A program made the translations under genes and the position numbers. This document shows, one piece after another, positions 7,563-16,070 of a DNA stretch of 36,958 nt. This stretch comes from a virus (taxonomy: Duplodnaviria > Heunggongvirae > Uroviricota > Caudoviricetes). The DNA lies in the IMG/VR virus record IMGVR_UViG_2897346870_000003, positions 1 to 36,958 of that record. The stretch is one strand, 5' to 3'. Every line of letters starts with the position of its first letter. The stretch's first letter is position 1. The notes under the pieces were generated by a model. The model was not told the origin of the DNA. It did not search any database and worked only from the letters and a program-made list of their open reading frames with translations.

Positions 7563-8558
7563 GTGACCGTGAGAGCACTACTGACCCCTGAAATTGCCCC
7601 GCGTATGGGGATCGTATTGTTCAGGCCCGGTTCAGAGCTGATGCCCCTGTTTATGCAGGGGCGTGTACTGCTGGAGCCTGAGCCGGAGCATTATTCATCT
7701 TTCGCCAGTGGTGCCGTTCCCGCGGCATCACAACCGCTGGCGGATGATCCTGCCGTTCGGGCCGTGTTCCGCAATGAGGCAGTGATCCGTCGTGCTGGTG
7801 GCGTGGAATGTCTTGAAAGCTGGTTACTTCGTGAAAAAGGCTGCCAGTGGCCTCATTCCGACTGGCACAGCGAGAACATGACCACAATGCGACACGCGCC
7901 GGGCGCAATCCGTCTGTGCTGGCACTGCGATAATCAGTTACGTGATCAGTTCACGGAGCGGCTGGAATCAATGGCAACGGATAACTGTGCCCGTTGGGTG
8001 TTGTCTGTAGTCCGTCGGGATCTCGATTTTAATGATAACCATGCCGTGACAATGCCGGAACTGTGCTGGTGGCTGGTTCGTAATGACCTGGCGGATGCCT
8101 TACCGGAAAGCGCAGCCCGTAAGGCACTGAGATTACCGAAGTCTGTTTTGCCGTCTGTCACCCGGGAAAGTGACCTTGTGCCTTCGGTTCCTGCCACCAG
8201 CATTATCCAGGATAAAGCGAAAAAGGTGCTGGCGCTGAAAGTGGATCCGGAGTCGCCGGAGTCTTTTATGTTACGCCCCAAACGTCGTCGCTGGGTTAAT
8301 GAACAGTACACGCGCTGGGTTAAGACGCAGCCGTGTGCATGTTGTGGAAAGCCAGCTGATGATCCGCATCATCTGATAGGCCATGGTCAGGGTGGAATGG
8401 GTACAAAAGCGCATGACCTTTTTGTGCTGCCTTTGTGCAGAAAACACCACGACGAACTGCATGCGGATACCGTGGCATTTGAAGAGAAGTATGGCTCCCA
8501 GCTGGAGCTGATATTTCGTTTTATCGATCGTGCGCTGGCAATTGGCGTGCTGGCCTGA
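7563..8558 (+). CDS. DUF968-family protein with C-terminal Cys/His zinc-finger-like motif; start codon uncertain
   Basis: 331 aa; C-terminal CACCGK...HHLIGHG...CRKHHDELH; typical rusA-to-Q position. Confidence 0.75.
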   Translation: MTVRALLTPEIAPRMGIVLFRPGSELMPLFMQGRVLLEPEPEHYSSFASGAVPAASQPLADDPAVRAVFRNEAVIRRAGGVECLESWLLREKGCQWPHSDWHSENMTTMRHAPGAIRLCWHCDNQLRDQFTERLESMATDNCARWVLSVVRRDLDFNDNHAVTMPELCWWLVRNDLADALPESAARKALRLPKSVLPSVTRESDLVPSVPATSIIQDKAKKVLALKVDPESPESFMLRPKRRRWVNEQYTRWVKTQPCACCGKPADDPHHLIGHGQGGMGTKAHDLFVLPLCRKHHDELHADTVAFEEKYGSQLELIFRFIDRALAIGVLA

Positions 8559-8575
8559 TTTTGTGGAGAAGGTTG

Positions 8576-8926
8576 ATGCGTGATATGTATGAAGTATTGG
8601 ACCGCTGGGGTGCATGGGCTGCAGCAGATAACAGTGGTGTGGACTGGCAGCCTGTTGCTGCAGGGTTTAAAGGTTTACTACCTCATGGAAAGAAAACACG
8701 CCAACAATGCGATGATGATGAAGGCATCATGATTGACAGCTGTGTTGCGCGATTGCGGAAATATAAGCCAGAAGAATATGAACTGATCATTGCTCACTTT
8801 GTTATCGGTATTTCACTCCGTTCAATAGCAAAGAAACGGAAATGCTCTGACGGGTCAATCAGAAAACAACTTCAAGCAGCAATAGGAGTGATTGAAGGTA
8901 TTTTGTTGATTATTAAGCCCCTGTAG
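8576..8926 (+). CDS. Q: Late-gene antitermination protein Q
   Basis: MRDMYEVLDRWGAWAA... with conserved YELIIAHFVIGISLRSIAKKRKCSDGSIRKQL segment; GGAGAAGG Shine-Dalgarno. Confidence 0.88.
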   Translation: MRDMYEVLDRWGAWAAADNSGVDWQPVAAGFKGLLPHGKKTRQQCDDDEGIMIDSCVARLRKYKPEEYELIIAHFVIGISLRSIAKKRKCSDGSIRKQLQAAIGVIEGILLIIKPL

Positions 8927-8929
8927 GGC

Positions 8930-9514
8930 TTAATAATTCATATGAATTCTGTTTCCGAGATAATATAATCCAAAGAAAGTTGATACTAAGAGTTGCCAAA
9001 CGAGGAAAGTAAATACAACAGTATAAACCATTAAAACAATACTGTTTTGATAGACATTGATTAATGGTGAAAATATAGCATTAAGTATTATTATAACAAT
9101 GCTTAATGCTGTTAAAAAAGAGAATAGCATGCAAAGAAATAATCGTCTGGTCAGAACCTCCTCTGAATTTACTACTTTTCCATTTTCTTTTGTTACTTTT
9201 ATTTCAATAGAGGCATTTCTTTCATTGCTAATCAATGGTAAATCAATCTCAGCTCTATTGAAAGTTGCTATGGCGGCCAGAGCGGCAATATAAAACCCTG
9301 GTAGGTTAGAGATAAATGAAACGATTGATTTAATGAAACCATTGTCATCAAATAAATCTTTGACAGGGATTTTTAATAGAATGAAAAGTACTGCTGTGAT
9401 AGAAGTAAGTAGAATTGGTGCTACCCAATCATATGCAGCTTTGCCGCTAATACCTTTAATAAAAAGATATCCAAACGGCTTGCCTAGATGAGAGAAAACT
9501 GAAAGTATTGGCAT
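8930..9514 (-). CDS. Hypothetical 194-aa integral membrane protein with four predicted TM helices (candidate membrane effector)
   Basis: Four hydrophobic helices (WVAPILLTSITAVLFILL; IVSFISNLPGFYIAALAAIATF; LFLCMLFSFLTALSIVIIILNAIF; IVLMVYTVVFTFLVWQLLVSTFFGLYYL); GAGG Shine-Dalgarno; 7-nt gap to the upstream gene. Confidence 0.75.
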   Translation of the reverse strand: MPILSVFSHLGKPFGYLFIKGISGKAAYDWVAPILLTSITAVLFILLKIPVKDLFDDNGFIKSIVSFISNLPGFYIAALAAIATFNRAEIDLPLISNERNASIEIKVTKENGKVVNSEEVLTRRLFLCMLFSFLTALSIVIIILNAIFSPLINVYQNSIVLMVYTVVFTFLVWQLLVSTFFGLYYLGNRIHMNY

Positions 9515-9521
9515 AATAACC

Positions 9522-10544
9522 TCACATCAAATCTATCATTTTCACAACAAACTCTAGTTCAATTTTAACATATGAATCCTTCAGGCGCGAATTAAAGTTA
9601 TCGATAATGCTTTTCTTAATAAATGTTTTTTCTAAATTATTAAGATTGATGTTTGAGGTTTTGAAATCAACCTGCCTTGGTTTATTTGTTTCAGGATCTT
9701 GGAATTTAACCTTTAATTTATCATAACCACCATTCATTTTTTTATTGAAATGAGATGCTACATTTTTAATCCATCCAATAACATTGTCACCATGATTTGG
9801 AAGTAATTTTAATGTACTTTCAGTCGGAATGTAAGGTGAATTAACATCAGGAGCATTAATTGTTCCGAATTGATCCTTGACTAATATGACATCTGATAAT
9901 CCTTTTTGGCTTATTTTATTAAAAAGCTCCTTGTCTAACATTCCTGTAAATTCAAATATTGGTTTGTATCGTATTTTTACTTCTTTTTTTGATGTTGCAG
10001 AAATAACGTTAGTTGGATGTTTTGCGGTAAATAAGTCTTCATTGTCTTTCGCCACTTCAAAGAGAATTTTGTCTAAAAAACTATTTAACCGGGCCGTAGA
10101 TACACCTGGGGTAGATGTACAAATCATATCATAGGTTCTTTTATTTCCATTTAATGATATGACAACATAGGTAGAAACTTCATAGCCTTCACCTTGTTCA
10201 TATTTTGGTTGGATTTCAACGCGTTCATTAGTATTTATATTTTTTACAACGGTAGTACTTCCATTTTTATCAACACTATTAATAAGAAGGACAATATGCG
10301 TGGGTGAGTTATCTGGAAGTAAAGGATAAAGTTGTACATCTTGGAGAGTAACTACAATATTCCCAGAATCATATGAATGAACGAGTCCCTTTTGTTTAAC
10401 AATCAATGGGGCAAGCATGTACATTTCCGGAACAGGACATATACACTGGGCTTTTACCTCTTGTGTTGCCTTGGTTCTAAACTTTGTGTCAATGGTCAGA
10501 CTATGATGAGTAACGAGTCTTTCGCTAGCATTTAATTTTGCCAT
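9522..10544 (-). CDS. Hypothetical 340-aa soluble protein; first gene of an AT-rich antisense cargo operon (candidate sensor of a defence-like pair)
   Basis: Long ORF antisense to the late operon, visibly AT-rich with Lys/Asn-rich product; no family recognised by eye; no nucleotidyltransferase GS...DxD motif seen. Confidence 0.75.
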   Translation of the reverse strand: MAKLNASERLVTHHSLTIDTKFRTKATQEVKAQCICPVPEMYMLAPLIVKQKGLVHSYDSGNIVVTLQDVQLYPLLPDNSPTHIVLLINSVDKNGSTTVVKNINTNERVEIQPKYEQGEGYEVSTYVVISLNGNKRTYDMICTSTPGVSTARLNSFLDKILFEVAKDNEDLFTAKHPTNVISATSKKEVKIRYKPIFEFTGMLDKELFNKISQKGLSDVILVKDQFGTINAPDVNSPYIPTESTLKLLPNHGDNVIGWIKNVASHFNKKMNGGYDKLKVKFQDPETNKPRQVDFKTSNINLNNLEKTFIKKSIIDNFNSRLKDSYVKIELEFVVKMIDLM

Positions 10545-10580
10545 GAAATCATCCGATTATGATTTTTCGATTTATTTGTT

Positions 10581-10609
10581 AATCTTACAAAAACGCTAAC
10601 GCGTACGCA
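10581..10609 (-). promoter_or_regulatory. Candidate sigma70 promoter for the antisense cassette (minus strand TTGCGT-17-TAAGAT)
   Basis: Hexamers read on the minus strand about 35 nt upstream of the 340-aa gene start. Confidence 0.35.
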
Positions 10610-10655
10610 AAAATTATTGTATCGTGTTAAGAGTGGTTACTTCGCCACACAGCTT

Positions 10656-10687
10656 AAACCCGCCGTCGAGCGGGTTTTGTCGTTTCT
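10656..10687 (+). terminator. Rho-independent terminator on the plus strand upstream of holin; candidate tR' (Q target)
   Basis: AAACCCGC-CGTCGA-GCGGGTTT followed by a T-rich tract, about 140 nt before the holin gene. Confidence 0.5.
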
Positions 10688-10829
10688 GGGGCTGGGGATT
10701 CGTTGGTCCTGGTCTATTCCGCAGTTATCCATTGGTTCGGCTTCTTTGACGTTTCCGCTTCTAATTTGCTGTACATGATGTTCCCTCAATTTGCACCTGC
10801 TGTATCAGCGAGGTGAGAGATAACTACAA

Positions 10830-11156
10830 ATGCCTCATAACCCAAATACCTGGCTGGAGTTGTTCCAGAGCTGGTGGCGTGGAGACACACCGCTGGGCGC
10901 AGTGATTATGTCGATCGTTATGGCTGGCTTGCGCATTGCCTATTTTGGCGGTGGTGGTGGCTGGAAACGAAAAACGCTCGAGATTTTGCTCTGTGGTGCT
11001 CTGACGCTGACTTTTGCATCCGCTCTTGAGTATGTCGGATGGCCTAAATCTCTTTCTGTTGCCATTGGTGGCGGCGTTGGGCTGATCGGGGTCGATGCTA
11101 TTCGTGGGGCTGCAATGAGAGTAATCGGTAATAAGTTTGGTGGCTCTAAGGAGTAA
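10830..11156 (+). CDS. Holin (three predicted TM segments)
   Basis: 108 aa, hydrophobic segments, charged C-terminus, directly upstream of the endolysin. Confidence 0.75.
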   Translation: MPHNPNTWLELFQSWWRGDTPLGAVIMSIVMAGLRIAYFGGGGGWKRKTLEILLCGALTLTFASALEYVGWPKSLSVAIGGGVGLIGVDAIRGAAMRVIGNKFGGSKE

Positions 11157-11159
11157 TTT

Positions 11160-11636
11160 ATGCAGGTACTAAATTCCCAGCGTAAAGCTTTCCTCGATAT
11201 GGTGGCATGGTCAGAAGGAACGGATAACGGGCGAAAACCGACACGTAACCACGGTTATGATGTTATTGTCGGTGGAGAACTCTTCACTGATTACTCCGAT
11301 CACCCTCGCAAGCTTGTCACGCTAAACCCGAAACTCAAATCAACAGCTGCAGGCCGTTATCAACTTCTTTCGCGCTGGTGGGATGCTTACCGCAAGCAGT
11401 TAGGGCTGACAGACTTCTCTCCTAAAAGCCAGGATGCTGTTGCATTACAGCAGATTAAAGAGCGTGGCGCTTTACCGATGATTGATCGCGGCGATATTCG
11501 TCAGGCTATCGATCGTTGCAGCAATATCTGGGCGTCGTTACCTGGTGCAGGTTACGGTCAGTATGAACATAAAATCGGTGACCTGATTTCCCGGTTTAAA
11601 GAGGCTGGTGGGGTGGTAAATGAAGTTGAGCTATAA
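11160..11636 (+). CDS. R: Endolysin, lambda R-type lytic transglycosylase
   Basis: 158 aa; near-collinear with the lambda R sequence as recalled (QRKAFLDMVAWSEGTDNGRKPTRNHGYDVIVGGELFTDYSDHPRK...). Confidence 0.95.
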   Translation: MQVLNSQRKAFLDMVAWSEGTDNGRKPTRNHGYDVIVGGELFTDYSDHPRKLVTLNPKLKSTAAGRYQLLSRWWDAYRKQLGLTDFSPKSQDAVALQQIKERGALPMIDRGDIRQAIDRCSNIWASLPGAGYGQYEHKIGDLISRFKEAGGVVNEVEL

Positions 11637-12012
11637 GCTGGTTATCGCTGCATTCTTCTTTACTGTCATCGGTTCTTTCATCTGGTCTGCCAACCACTAC
11701 TACAGCAAATATCAGCACGAAAAGAAACGTGCTGATGAGGCTGTACAAAATGCTGAATCTGCAACAGCCATTACCCGTAACGTCCTGCAATCACTGCAAA
11801 TCGTCAATACAGTTATAGAGGTTAACCAGCATGCAAAACAGCAGATCGCACTGGAGTCACAGAGAACCCAGAAAGATATCAAAGTGGCTGTTGCGGATGA
11901 TGATTGTGCTGCACGCCTTGTGCCTGCTGCCGCTGCTGAGCGGTTGCGGAAGTACGCGGACAGTTTACGTACAAGTTCCGGCAGTACCACTCCCGACGAA
12001 TCTGATCGCTGA
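11620..12012 (+). CDS. Rz: Spanin inner-membrane subunit (Rz)
   Basis: N-terminal TM anchor, coiled-coil body, position after the endolysin. Confidence 0.85.
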   Translation: MKLSYKLVIAAFFFTVIGSFIWSANHYYSKYQHEKKRADEAVQNAESATAITRNVLQSLQIVNTVIEVNQHAKQQIALESQRTQKDIKVAVADDDCAARLVPAAAAERLRKYADSLRTSSGSTTPDESDR

Positions 12013-12154
12013 AACCTCGCAACCAGTTATTCCTGAGCCGCTGACTTTTGAGGGCAGCCTAGATTTGAACGTTAGTCTGTTATCGGCGTTGGGTCAATGT
12101 AACCTTGACAAGGCTAGCATCAGACAGATTGAACAATCACGATTCTCACAATAG
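11897..12154 (+). CDS. Rz1: Spanin outer-membrane lipoprotein subunit (Rz1), +1 frame overlapping Rz
   Basis: MMIVLHALCLLPLLSGC lipoprotein signal with lipobox, Pro-rich mature part; extends past the Rz stop. Confidence 0.65.
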   Translation: MMIVLHALCLLPLLSGCGSTRTVYVQVPAVPLPTNLIAETSQPVIPEPLTFEGSLDLNVSLLSALGQCNLDKASIRQIEQSRFSQ

Positions 12155-12302
12155 CGAGTTTTTATCATAAGAAAGGTGCTTTTCACTAAATCCCTGCATT
12201 TGAAGCTGAAGATGGAAAGAAACGCTACTGGGTATACTACTACTGGTCGCTTATTCTGAATCAGAAGAGAACGGCGTCCTTCAGCTCGAAGAGTCGGCTA
12301 TA

Positions 12303-12325
12303 AACAGGCACTTTGGGTGCCTGTT
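12303..12325. repeat. Hairpin AACAGGCAC-TTTGG-GTGCCTGTT just 3' of the minus-strand 131-aa gene
   Basis: Read directly; shares CAGGCAC arms with the palindrome at 12815-12839. Confidence 0.5.
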
Positions 12326-12330
12326 AATGA

Positions 12331-12726
12331 TTAGTCCTGCATGAATCTCTCTCTTTCTATTTCATAACCGTCGCTTTCTTCTCGGCAGTTTTGACATAAG
12401 AGATCTCCATAGTAACCTTGTAAGTTATAAGCTTCTTCTAGCTCATAGCCAGAGATAACCTTAGAGCAACCGTTATGGTGCCCGCCTGGATTTCTAACAC
12501 CACCACATGGGTGAGAAAGGAAAGGTTGCAATACCCTCTTTTGCGGTGCAGAAAGACTATCAAATCCTTTGGTTACAGCTAACTTAGCGATTCCACTAAC
12601 TTTGCCATCTTCATGATAAAATGCGTCACAATTAAGCATTGTATTGAGTAATGATTCTACTTCGTCAGACACTGGAAATACCTCTCTATAAACAAAAGTA
12701 ATAGCTATCACACAAAGCTTAAGCAC
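12331..12726 (-). CDS. Hypothetical Cys/His-rich small protein (up to 131 aa; start uncertain, ATG at 12639 possible)
   Basis: ORF in an AT-rich antisense island; C-terminal HPCGG...GGHHNGC...CQNC motif suggests a zinc-binding fold; no clear Shine-Dalgarno. Confidence 0.5.
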   Translation of the reverse strand: MLKLCVIAITFVYREVFPVSDEVESLLNTMLNCDAFYHEDGKVSGIAKLAVTKGFDSLSAPQKRVLQPFLSHPCGGVRNPGGHHNGCSKVISGYELEEAYNLQGYYGDLLCQNCREESDGYEIERERFMQD

Positions 12727-12814
12727 ATAAACTAAAATAAATCAAAATGTTAATGATAATCGTATAGTAAAAAGAAAAGGCTGAAGTAGCCGAGAGGTAG
12801 CAATAGCAGGTTAA

Positions 12815-12839
12815 GGCAGGCACTTAGTAAGTGCCTGCC
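12815..12839. repeat. Perfect 25-bp palindrome GGCAGGCACTTA-G-TAAGTGCCTGCC just 3' of the minus-strand 69-aa gene
   Basis: Read directly. Confidence 0.55.
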
Positions 12840-12844
12840 ACTGG

Positions 12845-13054
12845 TTAGTAACAAGATGGTGTATTGTTGAATCTGTAAGAGAGGCGAACTATTTCAGAAA
12901 CCCCTTTTCGGTTTAACAATCGCCTTATATTCTCTGGATTTTTGTAAATAAAAGGATTCCTTAGATCCTCGAACACTCCTCCTGCAATGCAAATCAAATA
13001 TTCCAGATCTTCTTGTGTTGGTAAGGTTGAAAGTTTGTTATTTGCATTATTCAT
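12845..13054 (-). CDS. Hypothetical small protein (69 aa)
   Basis: Start chosen at MNNANNK because AGGAG lies 8 nt upstream; AT-rich, antisense to flanking phage genes. Confidence 0.55.
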   Translation of the reverse strand: MNNANNKLSTLPTQEDLEYLICIAGGVFEDLRNPFIYKNPENIRRLLNRKGVSEIVRLSYRFNNTPSCY

Positions 13055-13175
13055 TTTACAGCTCCTAATTATTGCCGTTATTGGCGTGGTGCATGATAGG
13101 AAGTTTGTGATTTTTAACGGTAGCTGGGGCAAGCTTTTTGTGAATCCTATGCACATCATCAAATCGAGTTTTTCA

Positions 13176-13526
13176 ATGCCACAACGAACCCCAAAAGCCT
13201 GCCGTGTTCGCGGCTGCCACCATACCACTACTGACCCGTCAGGCTACTGCGAAAGCCACAAAAGCGAAGGCTGGAAGCAATACAAGCCAGGCCAGTCCCG
13301 ACACCAGCGCGGTTATGGTTCGAAATGGGATGTTATCCGTGAACGTGTGCTCAAGCGTGACAAAGGCCTGTGTCAGTTGTGCCTGCGTGCTGGTGTGGTG
13401 CGTGAGGCGAAGACCGTTGACCACATCATCCCTAAATCGCATGGCGGCACTGATGTCGACAGTAATCTGCAGAGTTTGTGCTGGCCGTGTCATAAGGCGA
13501 AGACGGCCCGTGAACGGCTAAAGTGA
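13176..13526 (+). CDS. HNH endonuclease (terminase-associated)
   Basis: CxxC...HH...CxxCH motif (ACRVRGCHH...VDHIIPKSHGGTDVDSNLQSLCWPCH), immediately upstream of the terminase genes. Confidence 0.85.
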   Translation: MPQRTPKACRVRGCHHTTTDPSGYCESHKSEGWKQYKPGQSRHQRGYGSKWDVIRERVLKRDKGLCQLCLRAGVVREAKTVDHIIPKSHGGTDVDSNLQSLCWPCHKAKTARERLK

Positions 13527-13620
13527 TAATAATTCTCAACTGCCAGTGGGGAGGGGCGGGTCAAATCCCTGTGACCTGACGTCTTCCGGACTGCCCGCCC
13601 CATCGTTTTTTTATACCCGC
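13527..13620. other. Putative packaging site (cos-like) or terminator: GGGGCGGG...CCCGCCCC inverted repeat followed by a T7 run
   Basis: Read directly between the HNH and small-terminase genes; GGGCGG-containing motif loosely reminiscent of lambda cosN. Confidence 0.3.
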
Positions 13621-13651
13621 GAAAAATGAAATTTAACCAGGAGTGCCGCAT

Positions 13652-14146
13652 ATGGCTGGAACGGCGGGGCGTTCCGGGCGTCGCCCCAAGCCAACGGCGC
13701 GCAAGGCGCTGGCCGGAAACCCCGGCAAGCGAGCCCTGAATAAAGATGAACCTGTTTTTACGCCCATCAAAGGTGTTGAGCCACCGGAGTGGTTCGCTGA
13801 AGAAGATCTCCCTCTCGCTACGATCATGTGGCAACTGACAACTAAAGAACTCTGCGGTCAGGGCCTGCTGTGCGTGACTGACCTCGCGGTGCTTGAGCGG
13901 TGGTGCGTGGCCTACGAGTTCTGGCGACGTGCCGTGAAAAATATTGCCAGACAGGGCAACACCATCATCGGTGCAATGGGCGGTATGGTCAAAAATCCGG
14001 AGCTGACCGCCAAAAAAGAACAGGAGTCCGAGATGAGCAGTACGGGGGCAATGCTCGGACTCGACCCCAGCAGCCGCCAGCGTCTGATTGGCCTGGCGGG
14101 GAAGAAGAAAGCCACTAACCCGTTTCTGAAAATCATCGAATCATGA
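13652..14146 (+). CDS. Terminase small subunit
   Basis: Position upstream of and overlapping the large terminase; AGGAG Shine-Dalgarno; basic N-terminus. Confidence 0.85.
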   Translation: MAGTAGRSGRRPKPTARKALAGNPGKRALNKDEPVFTPIKGVEPPEWFAEEDLPLATIMWQLTTKELCGQGLLCVTDLAVLERWCVAYEFWRRAVKNIARQGNTIIGAMGGMVKNPELTAKKEQESEMSSTGAMLGLDPSSRQRLIGLAGKKKATNPFLKIIES

Positions 14147-15876
14147 GCCGGAAATCTTACCCCAACGTAAATGCTGCCAATCAGTATGCCCGGGATGTCG
14201 TGCGCGGAAAGATTGTGGCCTGCCAGTTTGTGATTCAGGCCTGCCAGCGCCATCTTGATGACCTAATGGCGGAAAAAAGTAAGTCGTTTCGTTACCGCTT
14301 CGACAAGGACCTGGCTGAACGGGCCGCCAAATTTATTCAGCTGTTGCCGCACACCAAGGGTGAGTGGGCATTTAAGAGGATGCCCATCACGCTGGAGCCG
14401 TGGCAGCTCTTTGTGATCTGCTGCGCGTTTGGCTGGGTCAATAAAGGCTCCCGGCTGCGCCGCTTCCGTGAGGTGTATACCGAAATCCCCCGTAAGAACG
14501 GCAAATCGGCAATCTCTGCCGGTGTCGCCCTGTATTGTTTTGCCTGTGATAACGAGTTCGGCGCGGAAGTGTATTCCGGTGCCACGACGGAGAAACAGGC
14601 ATGGGAAGTCTTTCGTCCGGCAAGACTGATGTGTAAACGCACACCCATGCTGACGGAAGCGTTCGGGATTGAGGTTAACGCCTCAAACATGAACCGTCCG
14701 GAGGATGGTGCGCGTTTTGAACCGCTGATCGGTAACCCCGGTGATGGTTCATCACCCCACTGTGCGGTGGTGGATGAATATCACGAGCACGCCACAGATG
14801 CACTTTACACCACGATGCTTACCGGGATGGGGGCGCGACGTCAGCCACTGATGTGGGCTATCACTACCGCCGGGTACAACATTGAGGGGCCGTGCTACGA
14901 CAAACGGCGGGAAGTCATCGAGATGCTCAACGGCTCGGTGCCTAACGATGAACTGTTCGGGATCATCTATACCGTTGATGAAGGTGACGACTGGACCGAC
15001 CCGCAGGTGCTGGAAAAAGCTAACCCGAATATCGGGGTGTCGGTTTATCGCGAGTTTTTGTTAAGTCAGCAGCAGCGTGCGAAAAATAACGCCCGTCTGG
15101 CAAACGTCTTTAAAACAAAACACCTCAATATCTGGGTGTCGGCGCGTTCGGCGTATTTCAACCTGGTGAGCTGGCAGAGCTGCGAGGATAAATCACTGAC
15201 CCTTGAGCAGTTCGAGGGGCAGCCGTGCATTCTGGCCTTTGACCTGGCGCGTAAGCTGGATATGAACAGCATGGCGCGACTTTATACCCGCGAGATTGAC
15301 GGTAAAACGCATTACTACAGTGTGGCTCCGCGCTTCTGGGTACCGTATGACACGGTGTACAGCGTCGAGAAAAATGAAGATCGACGGACAGCCGAACGCT
15401 TTCAGAAATGGGTGGAAATGGGCGTTCTGACCGTTACCGATGGTGCGGAGGTGGATTATCGCTACATCCTCGAGGAGGCCAAAGCGGCGAACAAAATCAG
15501 CCCGGTCAGTGAGTCACCCATCGACCCCTTCGGGGCGACCGGGCTGTCGCATGACCTTGCTGATGAAGACCTGAACCCCATCACCATCATTCAGAACTAC
15601 ACCAACATGTCCGATCCGATGAAAGAACTGGAAGCGGCGATTGAATCGGGGCGCTTTCATCATGACGGCAATCCCATCATGACCTGGTGTATCGGCAACG
15701 TGGTCGGCAAAACCATTCCGGGTAACGATGATGTGGTGAAGCCCGTCAAAGAGCAGGCGGAAAACAAAATCGATGGTGCAGTTGCGCTGATTATGGCGGT
15801 TGGCAGAGCCATGCTGTACGAGAAAGAAGACACGTTGTCTGACCACATTGAGTCCTATGGGATCCGCTCGCTTTAA
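14143..15876 (+). CDS. Terminase large subunit
   Basis: 577 aa; Walker A-like EIPRKNGKS and a C-terminal nuclease region. Confidence 0.95.
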
Positions 15877-15887
15877 CTGAGGTAATT

Positions 15888-16070
15888 ATGATCATGCTGA
15901 TTCTCGCGCCTCTGGTGGGCGTGCTGGGGGCGCTTTTGCTGGCGTATGGTGCCTGGCTGATTTATCCCCCGGCGGGGTTTGTTGTTGCCGGGGCGTTGTG
16001 CCTGTTCTGGTCGTGGCTGGTGGCGCGATATCTCGACCGTACACAGTCGTCTGTCGGCGGAGGTAAATAG
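15888..16070 (+). CDS. Hypothetical small membrane protein (60 aa)
   Basis: GAGGT Shine-Dalgarno; two hydrophobic segments; tight fit between terminase and portal. Confidence 0.45.

Noticed and set aside
8930-10544. Shiga-toxin-like cargo at the Q-S junction
   Set aside because: The genes are antisense to the late operon, lack signal peptides and A/B subunit sizes, and one product is a four-TM membrane protein.
10545-10655. Exact PR' late promoter and qut site upstream of the 10656-10687 hairpin
   Set aside because: Several weak hexamer combinations exist but none has convincing spacing; only the terminator is annotated.
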